Assembly: GCA_963663495.1 (NCBI GenBank)
Contig: OY760427.1
Location: 5,586,170 to 5,650,169 of the forward strand
Reading direction: 5' to 3'
DNA: 64,000 nucleotides
Source of the DNA: Rhodothermales bacterium
Lineage (GTDB): Bacteria; Bacteroidota; Rhodothermia; Rhodothermales; Bin80
A program made the translations under genes and the position numbers. Position 1 is the first letter of the stretch; every line of letters begins with the position of its first letter. Shown here piece by piece: positions 50,444 through 60,513 of the stretch. The notes under the pieces are model-generated. The model made no database searches. It was not told the DNA's origin and saw nothing but the letters and a program-made list of their open reading frames with translations.

Positions 50444-52009
50444 ATGAGTCTGAAACCGAGTGCTAGTTCCCCCGAGGTGCGCAGCCGCGATATGGACCTC
50501 GAAAAGAGGCTCCGTCCTCGCACGCTGTCCGAGTTCATCGGGCAGCAGAAGATTAAGGACAATTTAGGTGTCTTTGTTACCGCTGCCGTGCGTCGCAAGG
50601 AGACGCTTGACCATGTGCTCCTCTCCGGTCCTCCCGGTCTGGGTAAGTGTGTCGCCGCCGCAAGTCGAGTCCTGACCGATGGTGGATACGCGCGGCTGGG
50701 CGATTTGGTGCCGCGCGGTATGGTGGCAGGAGAGGTGCGCTCGTGCAACCTTACCGTGTTTGGTCAGCATGGTCCGGAAAGGGCATCGCACATTTACTGC
50801 AGCGGGCGCGGACGGACTTGCCGCCTCAAAACGCAGTCCGGCAAGACCTTGGAGGGCACACCTCATCACCCGATAATGGCCGCATCACCGCGCGGACCGG
50901 TATGGCGGCGACTGGTACACCTTACGCGTGGCGATCGCGTAGCAATAGCGGAGCGTACGAATACGGCCAGGTCTTCGCTACAGGCAGATGTTCTGGAGAT
51001 GTTTTCTGATACTGATAGACGAGTGCCGAGGGCCAATTGCAGCAAGCAGCATCCGGTACGAGCGAACTGTGAGCGTCCCAGCGAGCCGCTACGCTGGGAC
51101 ACGGTGTCAGAGGTGAGAGATTCTGAAGCGTTGACATTCGACTTCGTGGTGCCGGGCACGCACTCCTTCACGGCAAACGGATTTATTAATCATAATACGA
51201 CATTGGGATATATAATCGCCGAAGAGATGTCGGCGAACATCACGACCTCAAGTGGACCGGTATTGGACAAGCCCGCTTCCATCGCAGGCATCCTAACGAA
51301 CCTGAGCGAGGGTGATGTTCTGTTTGTGGATGAGATACATCGCTTGACCCCCGTGGTAGAAGAGTACTTGTACTCGGCGATGGAGGACTACTTTATTGAC
51401 ATTGTGATTGACTCAGGACCGAACGCGCGAAGTGTAAAGATTTCATTGCCTCCGTTCACTCTGGTCGGTGCCACCACGCGTAAGGGTCTCCTCACAGCGC
51501 CGCTTCGTGCGCGGTTTGGCATTGATTTCAGGTACGACTACTACTCCGCCGAGCTATTGCAACAGATAGTTAAGCGCAGCGCGCTGATATTGGGAATCAG
51601 AGTAGAAGATGATGGTGCCCATGAAATCGCTCGACGGAGCCGCGGTACTCCGCGCATCGCAAACAGGCTGTTGCGCCGTGCGAGAGATTTTGCAGAGGTA
51701 ACGGGCGATGGATGTGTCACGCAAGGATTGGCGGATTACGCTCTTACCGCACTGGAGGTGGACCAGGAAGGCCTTGATGACATGGACGCCCGTATTCTGA
51801 CGACATTGATTGAGAAGTTTCAGGGCGGCCCCGCAGGGCTTACAAATCTGGCAGTCTCTGTAGGCGAGGATGCGGGCACGATTGAAGAGGTGTACGAGCC
51901 GTATCTGATCCAGGAGGGGTACTTGAAGCGCACACCGCGCGGTCGTGTGGCTACCCCGCGGTCGTTTAAGCATTTTGGACATCCGCGCACACAGGAACTG
52001 TTCGAGTGA
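50444..52009 (+). CDS. ruvB: Holliday junction helicase RuvB, interrupted by an intein
   Basis: [19 protein letters not shown]|[30 protein letters not shown] and YEPYLIQEG motifs. Confidence 0.96.
   Translation: MSLKPSASSPEVRSRDMDLEKRLRPRTLSEFIGQQKIKDNLGVFVTAAVRRKETLDHVLLSGPPGLGKCVAAASRVLTDGGYARLGDLVPRGMVAGEVRSCNLTVFGQHGPERASHIYCSGRGRTCRLKTQSGKTLEGTPHHPIMAASPRGPVWRRLVHLTRGDRVAIAERTNTARSSLQADVLEMFSDTDRRVPRANCSKQHPVRANCERPSEPLRWDTVSEVRDSEALTFDFVVPGTHSFTANGFINHNTTLGYIIAEEMSANITTSSGPVLDKPASIAGILTNLSEGDVLFVDEIHRLTPVVEEYLYSAMEDYFIDIVIDSGPNARSVKISLPPFTLVGATTRKGLLTAPLRARFGIDFRYDYYSAELLQQIVKRSALILGIRVEDDGAHEIARRSRGTPRIANRLLRRARDFAEVTGDGCVTQGLADYALTALEVDQEGLDDMDARILTTLIEKFQGGPAGLTNLAVSVGEDAGTIEEVYEPYLIQEGYLKRTPRGRVATPRSFKHFGHPRTQELFE
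50648..51196 (+). other. Mini-intein (183 aa) in the RuvB Walker A motif
   Basis: Starts with Cys (CVAAASRV), has block B TPHHPI, ends [20 protein letters not shown] with +1 Thr. No LAGLIDADG motifs. Confidence 0.93.
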
Positions 52010-52160
52010 TGGTGTACGCGCATGCTGTGGAGGCTCGGACATCGTTGGGCTCACGATTGCCGGATGGTACCCGCGCATCCATCGGAGCGGGTGCTTCCAG
52101 CACATGGAGGTGCCGGAGCACGGATGATTCGGGGCAGACGGAGGGGGGAAGCAAGGGTTT

Positions 52161-55079
52161 ATGAGCCAGAACAACGGAGCCCTTCCCGACTTCTTGGCCG
52201 AGCTGCGCAGGCGCAGCCACGGTGATGTCCGTACGGACGATTACAGCCGCATCCTGTACAGTACAGATGCGAGCATTTATCAGGTGATGCCCCACGGGGT
52301 CATGATACCGGCAAGCATGCAGGATGTGCATGCTGCCGTTACGCTCGGTGCGGAATACGGCATCCAACTGCTTCCTCGCACGGGTGGGAGCAGCCTCGCC
52401 GGTCAGGCGGTGGGGGAGGCCCTGGTGATGGATTTTACGCGCCACCTAGATGGAGTAATGGAGCTGAACGTGGAGGATCGGTGGGTTCGCGTGCAGCCAG
52501 GCATCGTCCTGGACAGGCTGAACCAGTACCTGCAGCCGCACGGTTTGCAGTTCGGACCGGACCCCGCAAGCAGCAACAGGGCGGCAATGGGAGGGATCGT
52601 CTCGAACAACTCCACGGGCAGCCATTCGGTCTGCTATGGCATGACGGTTGACCATCTCCTCGCGGCAAGCGTCATACTGAGTGATGGATCCAGAACGTGT
52701 CTTGGACCGGTGGAGGCGACCGAGCTCAAGCATTGGCGCACCCGGACGGGGTTGGAGGGGGCGATCTACGATGGCATTGCGGCGTTGGTAGCAGACAACT
52801 GCAATGCGAACACTATCCGCAATGGTACCCCGCGACATTGGCGCCGATGCGGTGGCTACAACCTTGACCGGTTTGTGGACAGGGGTATCAACTACAAGGG
52901 GAAGAACGATTCGCGCTTTAACCTGGCTAACTTGGTTTGCGGGGCAGAAGGCACGCTCGCTGTAATTGAGGATGTGACGCTTCGGCTGGTACCGGTACCG
53001 CAATGCAAGGCACTAGCCATCGTCCACTTTGACAATCTTACGGAGGCGCTAAGTGCGGTTCCAGTGGTTCTTGAAACCCGTCCGTCAGCCATTGAACTGC
53101 TGGATAACCTTGGAATGCGGTTGTGCCGCGATGTGCCGAAGTACGCTCGTCTGCTTCGGACATTTGTAGACGGGGAGCCCGACTGTGTACTGATCACAGA
53201 GTTTTACGGTGAAAGCGCGGACGAGCTGCAGTCCACGGTTGCTCGTCTCGGCGAGCATCTTCGCCGGCATCACACAGGTCGTGTACTGCCGGTGCTTGAT
53301 CCACTGCGCCAGAGGGATGTATGGACGGTTCGGAAGGTGGGGCTGGGGTTGCTGATGAGTATCAAGGGGGATCACAAGCCCATTCCGTTTATAGAGGATG
53401 CAGCCGTTCCCACGGAGCATTTAGCGGACTATGTCGCCAAGATTGACGCTTTCTGCAAGAGCTTGGACACTCGAGTGGCGTACTATGGGCATGCCAGCGC
53501 AGGGTGCGTCCATATCCGTCCGCTGATCAATACGAAGGTTGCCAGGGAGCTTGAGAAGATCCCTGAAATAATGCACTTCACGGTAGAGCTTCTGCATGGC
53601 TTTGATGGCGCTCTCTCCAGTGAACACGGTGATGGCCGCGTGCGCAGCTGGCTCAATGAGAGGTTCTTCGGCCCCGAATTGTACCGGCTATACCAAGAGG
53701 TGAAGCGCACCTTTGATCCGCAGAACATTCTGAATCCCGGCAATGTGGTGAATGCTCCGCCGGTGGACAAAAACCTGCGCTACGGGACGGAATACGCGGT
53801 CATGGACCTGCCGGTCCATTTGGACTTTAGCGGAGACCTCGGGTTTGACCGTGCGGTGGAGATGTGCAATGGGGCTGGCATATGCCGGAAGACGACCGCG
53901 GGGACCATGTGTCCGAGTTTCATGGCCACGCGGGAGGAGGAGCATTCTACCCGCGGCAGGGCGAACGCGCTACGGGCGGCCCTTTCCGGCAAGCTGCCGC
54001 ACGACGAGTTGACCAGCCGGCGCATGTACGATGTGATGGACTTGTGCATTGAATGCAAAGCCTGTAAGGCGGAGTGTCCGTCGTCGGTAGACATGGCTAA
54101 GATCAAGTTTGAGTTTTTGGCTCGGTATCATGCCCGCCACGGTGTGCCATTGCGGTCCAGGTTGTTTGGCAACATTGCCTCCATAAGCAGGATAGGTAGT
54201 GGTCCTTGGGCCGGTATGTTGAATAGACTTGCGTCCAGCCGACCGGCGCGCATGGGTATGGAGGCGGCGTTTGGTGTCAGCCGCTACCGCACGATGCCCG
54301 CTTTCGCCGCGGAGCCGTTTACGTCATGGTTCAAGAAACACCGTTCGGCCGGAGGCGAGAAGGTGGTGCTGTTCCATGACACGTTCAACACCTATAGCGA
54401 ACCGGATGTGGCGCGTAGCGCGGTGGAGGTGCTGGAGGCTGCCGGAATGGCGGTTGTGCTGCCCGGCCATCGCTGTTGCGGCCGGCCTATGATATCCAAG
54501 GGTATGGTGCGCCAAGCGAGGGCTGCTGCGCGCCATACTGTTGACTGCCTCAGTCCCTTTGTTGAGGCTGGAACACCTATTGTCGGCCTTGAGCCAAGCT
54601 GCCTTCTAACGATGAACGACGAATATTTGTACTTGCTGCCGGGGGACCGGAAGGCGCAACGATTGGCGGAGCATGTGGAACTTTTTGAGGACTTTATTAC
54701 GCGGCTGGGCCGTGACAGGAGACTGAGCTATTTGTTCACGGATGCTCAAGCGAATGTGCTATTACACGCCCACTGCCACCAGAAGGCCCTAGTCGGTTCA
54801 GAGCCCAGTTTGGAGGCACTTTCGCTGCCGCCCGGCTATCGCGTGCAGGAGGTGGATTCGGGTTGCTGTGGTATGGCGGGCTCATTCGGTTACGAGAAGG
54901 AGCACTATGCTATATCGGTGCGGATGGCAGAACACCGCCTGCTGCCGGCCATAAGGCAGCAGGCGGCAGGTACCATCATCGCTGCCGTCGGTACCAGTTG
55001 CCGGCATCAGATCAAGGATGGGACGGGCGTACAGGCCCTCCACCCTGCCCAGATTCTGCGCCGGGCTCTGCGCGCCTAG
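52161..55079 (+). CDS. FAD-linked oxidase fused to a 4Fe-4S/CCG domain (YdiJ/GlcD-GlpC-like)
   Basis: GGSSLAGQ, GAEGTLA, SEHGDG, CNGAGIC..MCPS, CIECKAC, HCHQK and CCGMAGSFG motifs. Confidence 0.92.
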   Translation: MSQNNGALPDFLAELRRRSHGDVRTDDYSRILYSTDASIYQVMPHGVMIPASMQDVHAAVTLGAEYGIQLLPRTGGSSLAGQAVGEALVMDFTRHLDGVMELNVEDRWVRVQPGIVLDRLNQYLQPHGLQFGPDPASSNRAAMGGIVSNNSTGSHSVCYGMTVDHLLAASVILSDGSRTCLGPVEATELKHWRTRTGLEGAIYDGIAALVADNCNANTIRNGTPRHWRRCGGYNLDRFVDRGINYKGKNDSRFNLANLVCGAEGTLAVIEDVTLRLVPVPQCKALAIVHFDNLTEALSAVPVVLETRPSAIELLDNLGMRLCRDVPKYARLLRTFVDGEPDCVLITEFYGESADELQSTVARLGEHLRRHHTGRVLPVLDPLRQRDVWTVRKVGLGLLMSIKGDHKPIPFIEDAAVPTEHLADYVAKIDAFCKSLDTRVAYYGHASAGCVHIRPLINTKVARELEKIPEIMHFTVELLHGFDGALSSEHGDGRVRSWLNERFFGPELYRLYQEVKRTFDPQNILNPGNVVNAPPVDKNLRYGTEYAVMDLPVHLDFSGDLGFDRAVEMCNGAGICRKTTAGTMCPSFMATREEEHSTRGRANALRAALSGKLPHDELTSRRMYDVMDLCIECKACKAECPSSVDMAKIKFEFLARYHARHGVPLRSRLFGNIASISRIGSGPWAGMLNRLASSRPARMGMEAAFGVSRYRTMPAFAAEPFTSWFKKHRSAGGEKVVLFHDTFNTYSEPDVARSAVEVLEAAGMAVVLPGHRCCGRPMISKGMVRQARAAARHTVDCLSPFVEAGTPIVGLEPSCLLTMNDEYLYLLPGDRKAQRLAEHVELFEDFITRLGRDRRLSYLFTDAQANVLLHAHCHQKALVGSEPSLEALSLPPGYRVQEVDSGCCGMAGSFGYEKEHYAISVRMAEHRLLPAIRQQAAGTIIAAVGTSCRHQIKDGTGVQALHPAQILRRALRA

Positions 55080-56527
55080 ATCTGTTTTGGCTTGTAGCCT
55101 CCTGTCATCCGGTCACGGACGAACAGAAACCCAAAGACAAGGATCAGGATCAGTCCAATGGGAGCAAGCGTCCGGAAAGATCTTCTTCCTCCGTAATTAT
55201 CAGCCGGGTTCAGGAGTTCTTGTGCACGTTCTGCCGCCGGGGAGTCACCACCTGTCTGGACTATGGTCCGTAGCGCCTTCGCCGTTTTTCCTGTTGGAAG
55301 TTCACCGGTCTCATCATAAACGACGAGCGCGGCGTCAATCACCGCCCGTGCAGCCACATAGTCGCCGGCCCGTGGGCCTCCCTCAGCAGCCATGCTTCGG
55401 AATTCCTGATCACCCCTATCAAGTGCGAATACCGTTTCATCTTCCGGCAGTTGGCTATGACCTTCCCGATCAGCAATGCCTCCGAGCCACGGTGTAACAA
55501 AGAAGGAGGCTAACATTCCGATGGCCCCCATCACACCTAGGCCAAGCGCGCCGCTCTTGGGGTTCCTTTCCGAGACAAAGCCAAGCATGGTTGGCCAGAA
55601 GTAGGCGATACCCGCTGCCCAGATGGCAGCGGTAGCAAAGGCCATAGCCGTGGTCTCGGCCATGCTGAACAGATACAAGCCTACGGTTCCCAGCACAGCG
55701 CTGGCCAACAGTATGCCCGTGGGAGTCAGTATGCGCACAACAGGCCCTGCCAGAAGGCGGAGTGTACCCATGATGCCAAACACGAAACCGAAGACCAGAA
55801 GACCGTTGATGCCTCCTGCCGTGAGCACGGAGGGGACCCAGCTACTCGGCGGCAGCTCCATGGATGCGGTAAGCAGCATCATCGGCATCATGATCAGCAT
55901 GATGGGAGCAAACAAGGCCTTGAAAGACTGGCCGACGGTGACGCCAGCACGTACCCCCTCCGTGAGGGGGTACGCCTCTCTCAGCATGATTACGCCGTAA
56001 CCTAGCGCCGGTACGAGAATCAAAGTAAGCTGCCCCCTCCAGCCAACACCAAGGTTTGCAAACACAAGGGTCAGGATAATGGCGGCAAGCAGGTTACCAT
56101 AGGGGAACCACATGTGAAAGTGGTTCAGCTTGGGGGTCTTGTTGTCCGGATACAGCGCCGCAACGAGCGGGTTACATCCTGCCTCAACGAGTCCCGCACC
56201 AAGGCCGGCAAAGAGCGACCCGGCTACAGCCATCACGTATCCTTGTGATGTCATGATGAGGATCGCGCCCAACACATGGCCCACAAACGCACCACGAACA
56301 ATGGCGCGCATACCAATGGTGTCGCAGAGTGGCGAAAAAATGACCTGGCTAATAGTGAAGCCAATAAAAAAGACGCCAGTAAACACCCCCAGCTGGGCAT
56401 TTGTCAGCGCAAATTCCTGCTTGACGGAAAAGGCGATGCCGGAGATCACGGTGAAGGCGAATGCCGTCGTCAGCAAGGCGAGGCAGCTGCCGTAAAAGAG
56501 TTTATCACGCTTAACGGAACCAGTCAT
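55076..56527 (-). CDS. MFS transporter
   Basis: About 12 hydrophobic segments; GLGAGLVEAGCNPLVA and LNHFHMWFP motifs. Confidence 0.88.
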   Translation of the reverse strand: MTGSVKRDKLFYGSCLALLTTAFAFTVISGIAFSVKQEFALTNAQLGVFTGVFFIGFTISQVIFSPLCDTIGMRAIVRGAFVGHVLGAILIMTSQGYVMAVAGSLFAGLGAGLVEAGCNPLVAALYPDNKTPKLNHFHMWFPYGNLLAAIILTLVFANLGVGWRGQLTLILVPALGYGVIMLREAYPLTEGVRAGVTVGQSFKALFAPIMLIMMPMMLLTASMELPPSSWVPSVLTAGGINGLLVFGFVFGIMGTLRLLAGPVVRILTPTGILLASAVLGTVGLYLFSMAETTAMAFATAAIWAAGIAYFWPTMLGFVSERNPKSGALGLGVMGAIGMLASFFVTPWLGGIADREGHSQLPEDETVFALDRGDQEFRSMAAEGGPRAGDYVAARAVIDAALVVYDETGELPTGKTAKALRTIVQTGGDSPAAERAQELLNPADNYGGRRSFRTLAPIGLILILVFGFLFVRDRMTGGYKPKQI

Positions 56528-56828
56528 CGTTATTATTGGGGATTGGGCATTGCCAGTGGCAAGAAGGTTGGTTGCGGATGTGTTGTACACTATGGATAGC
56601 GGGAACGAAAAACTCCACCCTTACGATAACACGTACGCCTGTACATTTTCAAGGTCCCTACCCGTTCCGTTGCATAAATGACCGGAAAGGATTCAAATAT
56701 AATTGTGTATCACCGGATGGCTAGCGCCTCTTTATTCATCGGAGACGGCGATTTTGTTTACGGTGTACGAATCGGCACCGCCAATTGCGCCGTAGTGCGT
56801 CCCATCAAACCCCATGCATTAAGACATC

Positions 56829-57674
56829 ATGCCGTCAGATTTGTCTCAGTTTCACGGTCCGATAACAGATCTTTTTGAAGGCTCAGGCGTCCGGCTTTCC
56901 GAGGAACAGGTTGCCTCTTATCGGGAGCATGGCTACCTGTCCGGTGTGCCCATGCTGACATCCGCCCAGGTGGAGGTTCTAAAGGGCCAGTTGGCAGAGC
57001 TAATGAAGCCGGGCCACGAAGGGCAGGAGTTTTGGCACGAGTACCATGTGAATGAGTCGGGCGACCCTGACAACCGACTCTTTCATGCCTTGGGTGCTTG
57101 GCGCATTCGCCCGGGTTTTCATGATGCGTTGTGGAATCCGGCCTTCACTGTACCGGCGTGCCAGCTGCTGGGCGGACCGGTCCGGTTCTGGCATGACCAG
57201 CTGTTTTGCAAGCCTGCCCGGCATGGCGGCGTAGTGGCTTGGCACCAAGATTATTCTTATTGGACGCGAACGACGCCGATGCGCCATTTAACGTGCTGGA
57301 TAGGACTTGACGACGCGACTGCCGACAACGGGTGTCTCTACTACATTCCGGGTAGTCACCACTGGAAATTGCTTCCCGTTACCGGTCTCGCCACCGACAT
57401 GGAAGCCATCCATGAAGTACTGACACCGGAGCAGAAGGCGGCGTTCAATCCTGTGGCGATACCTCTTGAGAGGGGGTATGCGACATTCCACCATCCTCAT
57501 CTGGTGCACGGATCGTATGCGAATCGGACGGACCGCCCCCGACGAGCGATGGTGATTAACGTTTTCCGAGACGGCGTCCGGTCGAACGCCAATGAGCCCT
57601 TATTAAACGGTGCAACGGTAATCCTGCGAGGACAAGAGATGGGAGGCCGGTTTTTCCCGCTCTTGGGGGCCTGA
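56829..57674 (+). CDS. Phytanoyl-CoA dioxygenase (PhyH) family protein
   Basis: [25 protein letters not shown] and HHPHLVHGS motifs. Confidence 0.93.
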   Translation: MPSDLSQFHGPITDLFEGSGVRLSEEQVASYREHGYLSGVPMLTSAQVEVLKGQLAELMKPGHEGQEFWHEYHVNESGDPDNRLFHALGAWRIRPGFHDALWNPAFTVPACQLLGGPVRFWHDQLFCKPARHGGVVAWHQDYSYWTRTTPMRHLTCWIGLDDATADNGCLYYIPGSHHWKLLPVTGLATDMEAIHEVLTPEQKAAFNPVAIPLERGYATFHHPHLVHGSYANRTDRPRRAMVINVFRDGVRSNANEPLLNGATVILRGQEMGGRFFPLLGA

Positions 57675-57704
57675 TACCAGGTCACAACCGCATATTCCCC
57701 CGGG

Positions 57705-58301
57705 ATGGCTGATAGCGCTCAAAATACCAAGTTTCGTCGTGTTGCGGGGGTTCCTAAGGGCATGTTGAGTGACCCCATTGTGCAGAGCGTAATTTGGCTT
57801 AACTCTTTTGACAAACGCCGCCGGGAATACAAGAAGCTGGGATGGGTCTACGTCGCGCGGAACGCATGCTTTGCCGATCCTGTCTTCAAGATTGGTCAAA
57901 CGAGGGTCTCGCCAATCGTGCGGGTAGAGGGGCTGAGCAGTTCCACATCAGTCTATCAACCGTTCGAGCTGGTGTATTTTGTCCATGTTTCACATCGCTA
58001 CGAAGCCGAGAACCATGTCCATAAAGCTTTGGCAAGCTCGCGGGTCAACCCGGCGAAGGAGTTTTTTGATGCTCCGATCATGACGGTGGTTCGGGCCCTT
58101 GATGAAGCGGCGAACAGTTGGCCCATTCAGCTTGGAAAAACGCCGCGTTATGGTTATTTGGGTCCCGCGTTAATACCGCGAGTGGTAGTGTGTCGGAACT
58201 GCGGCGGGAAGTGCAAGATGCCTCGTTTGCTTATCAGTATTCATGTGACCTGCAAGCACTGCTCCTCGGGGTTCAATGTGATTTCTGACGTAGCCGGATA
58301 G
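57705..58301 (+). CDS. GIY-YIG nuclease (T5orf172/MUG113-like) with a C-terminal zinc ribbon
   Basis: GWVYV...FKIGQT...R...EAENHVHKAL...KEFF, followed by CRNC and CKHC. Confidence 0.82.
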   Translation: MADSAQNTKFRRVAGVPKGMLSDPIVQSVIWLNSFDKRRREYKKLGWVYVARNACFADPVFKIGQTRVSPIVRVEGLSSSTSVYQPFELVYFVHVSHRYEAENHVHKALASSRVNPAKEFFDAPIMTVVRALDEAANSWPIQLGKTPRYGYLGPALIPRVVVCRNCGGKCKMPRLLISIHVTCKHCSSGFNVISDVAG

Positions 58302-58305
58302 ATTG

Positions 58306-58449
58306 GGGAGTTATATGGCTGAGTGCCACGCGTTTTCGCAGGAGTTACTTTTTGTGCTTTGGTGGTGCAGACAGGATGGCTTTCGCCAGTTCTTCATAAT
58401 CGGTTCCCGCTTTTCACGAACAAACTGCAATTATTTCAAATAACTCAAC
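58306..58449. mobile_element. Truncated inverted copy of the ISNwi-type MITE
   Basis: Starts GGGAGTTATATGG and is near-identical to the reverse complement of 46191-46334. Cut by the IS1634 end. Confidence 0.8.
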
Positions 58450-60513
58450 CTAACTTAGCCATTTCGTAGTGCTACTAACCCACGGAATTCTCCCGTGGCC
58501 ATATTTGGACCGTTTTTTTCAGGAGCAATGGATGGTGAGATTTACCGGATCGGTTGAAGTTGGTTTAGGGTGGTTTGAATCCCTGATTACCTGGTGTTTT
58601 GCCGCCTTTTTCGCTGCGATCTATCTCGGATCGTTTCCATCGGACGTAGCTCTGGTGGCTCCATCTGGAGTACGCTATCTCAACCGTTGTGAAGGGACCA
58701 TGCGTCATGAGTCTGGAGGCTTCTGGCTCACCGGTGCACTCGCTTCCTCCACATGCTCGGTCACGGTGCGGGTCGCATCCGGATCATACACGTATCCCAG
58801 TACCGCAAAGAACTGTACCATACACGGAGGCAGATCCTGATCCACCTCCGTGATCAGGTACCGATATTGGTTCTTAACCATCTTGGTCGTAATCCGACGA
58901 ATCCCGTTCAACCTGTCTCGGATCGTCGCCCAACTATCATGAATCCCGCATTCCTTGAGTCTGGTGCGAACCAGATGGGCAGCATGATAAGCCAGTACCG
59001 TGATGAACAGATGCCCTTCAATGCGGTCATCTCTGCTGTGGTAGATGGGCCGTAGACCGAGGTCCGATTTCATGACTCTGAATGTGCGCTCAATCTCTGT
59101 AAGTCGCCAGTAGGTTCGTGCAACCTTTTCCACCGACCATCCGGTATGACTGGTCCGAAGCACATACCCTCCGCTGGCCTGGGTGCGACGCGCATGCGAA
59201 GCATGCCGGGTCACCGTAACGGATGCTGCATGCTTGGTGCACTCCTTTTTGCTGACCTCTACCTCATACAGGTGTGAGACCTTCTTGTACTTTTCCTTCA
59301 GACGACCAACCTTTATCGTGACCTTTTCATAGTTCTTCAAGTACCCGGGTTTCGAGAGTCCCTCATGTAGTGTAGTGAGCGCCTTCACAAACTTCTTGCA
59401 TTGGGTTTCAAGGATCTGATCCTCCTTCGCCTGCTTGGCCTCACTGTGCACAAACACGCGCAGTTCCGCATTGTCTTCAACATCTTCAACATCTTTTTCC
59501 TCTTTGGTGATCTTCCAGGCTTTGATCTTGACTCCCCCGGCGGTCGTAAACTGTTGATCCGGCTTGTTTTCGGGGACTGGAGGGGCTTTGGAACGCTCCA
59601 TGGTGATCCAGTCCAGTCCCTGTCCTTTCAGGTACTGTAGATTCTTCTCCGTCGCAATGCCGGAGTCCATAATCACTGTGGGCGTAGCGCCGTTTAGTTT
59701 CTCAATCGCCTCTTTGAGCGTTGCCGGTTCCCCTGCATCGCTCGGCAGGATCTGCACATTGCGGGGGAACCCCGAACCATCCAGGGTGAGCGCCAGCGTA
59801 ACCAACGGACAGTCACTGCGCTTCTCCTTGCTGCGCCCATGCGACAACAACTTCCCTTTCTTCTTGCCGTGGTAATAGGTATTGGTTAAATCATAAAAGA
59901 CGATCGTTTCTTCAAACTGCAATACCGCTTTGGTAATGCCAAAGAGTTTCTCCAGGATCTGATCCATATGCTTATGGATCAGATCAGTGCAACGATAGAG
60001 GGTGTTGAGACTCGGGGGTTCCAAATCCAGAAGCTGCAGAACACTGGAGGTTTTACACAGCCATTTATGCGTTTCTCGTTCACTGCCCGGGTGGAGCATA
60101 CGTCCGACGATCAGCGCACAGCAGAGCTTGACGTGTTTCTCGCAGAAGTTGAGCGAACGTAGCAGTACAGCCAGTCCGAGCTGTTCCAATGTCTGAAGGA
60201 TCAGTCGTTCTCCGCCGACGGTCCGGGAATCGGGATGGGTTGTTTTCTCTGGATCAATGAGGAGTTGCTGATGGGATGTGCGATGGATGTCGTAGCCCTT
60301 GCTTTCGAGATGTGCAACGATGTCGTCGACCGCATTGAGAAAGGCTTCATCATTCTGGAAAGGGAGGATAGCTTTCCCTTTGAGTCGGGCAGTAACGCAA
60401 TGGGTCAGTTCCCCCCACAGACTGCGGGGGATGTTGAAGTTCGGGCCGAGATTAAGGAGGGTGCGGTGTTTGGAGGTACCGTCTTTGCGATAGGATTCGA
60501 TGAGGGCAAAGCT
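58449..60513 (-). mobile_element. IS1634-family element; transposase 58705-60513 lacks its native 5' end
   Basis: LIESYR..RTLLNLG, VFYDLTNTY, GRSKEKRSD, VIMDSGI, IERTFRVMKSDLGLRPIYH and RIEGH motifs. End CCTAACTTAGCCATT. The IS4 arm starts at 60514. Confidence 0.88.
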
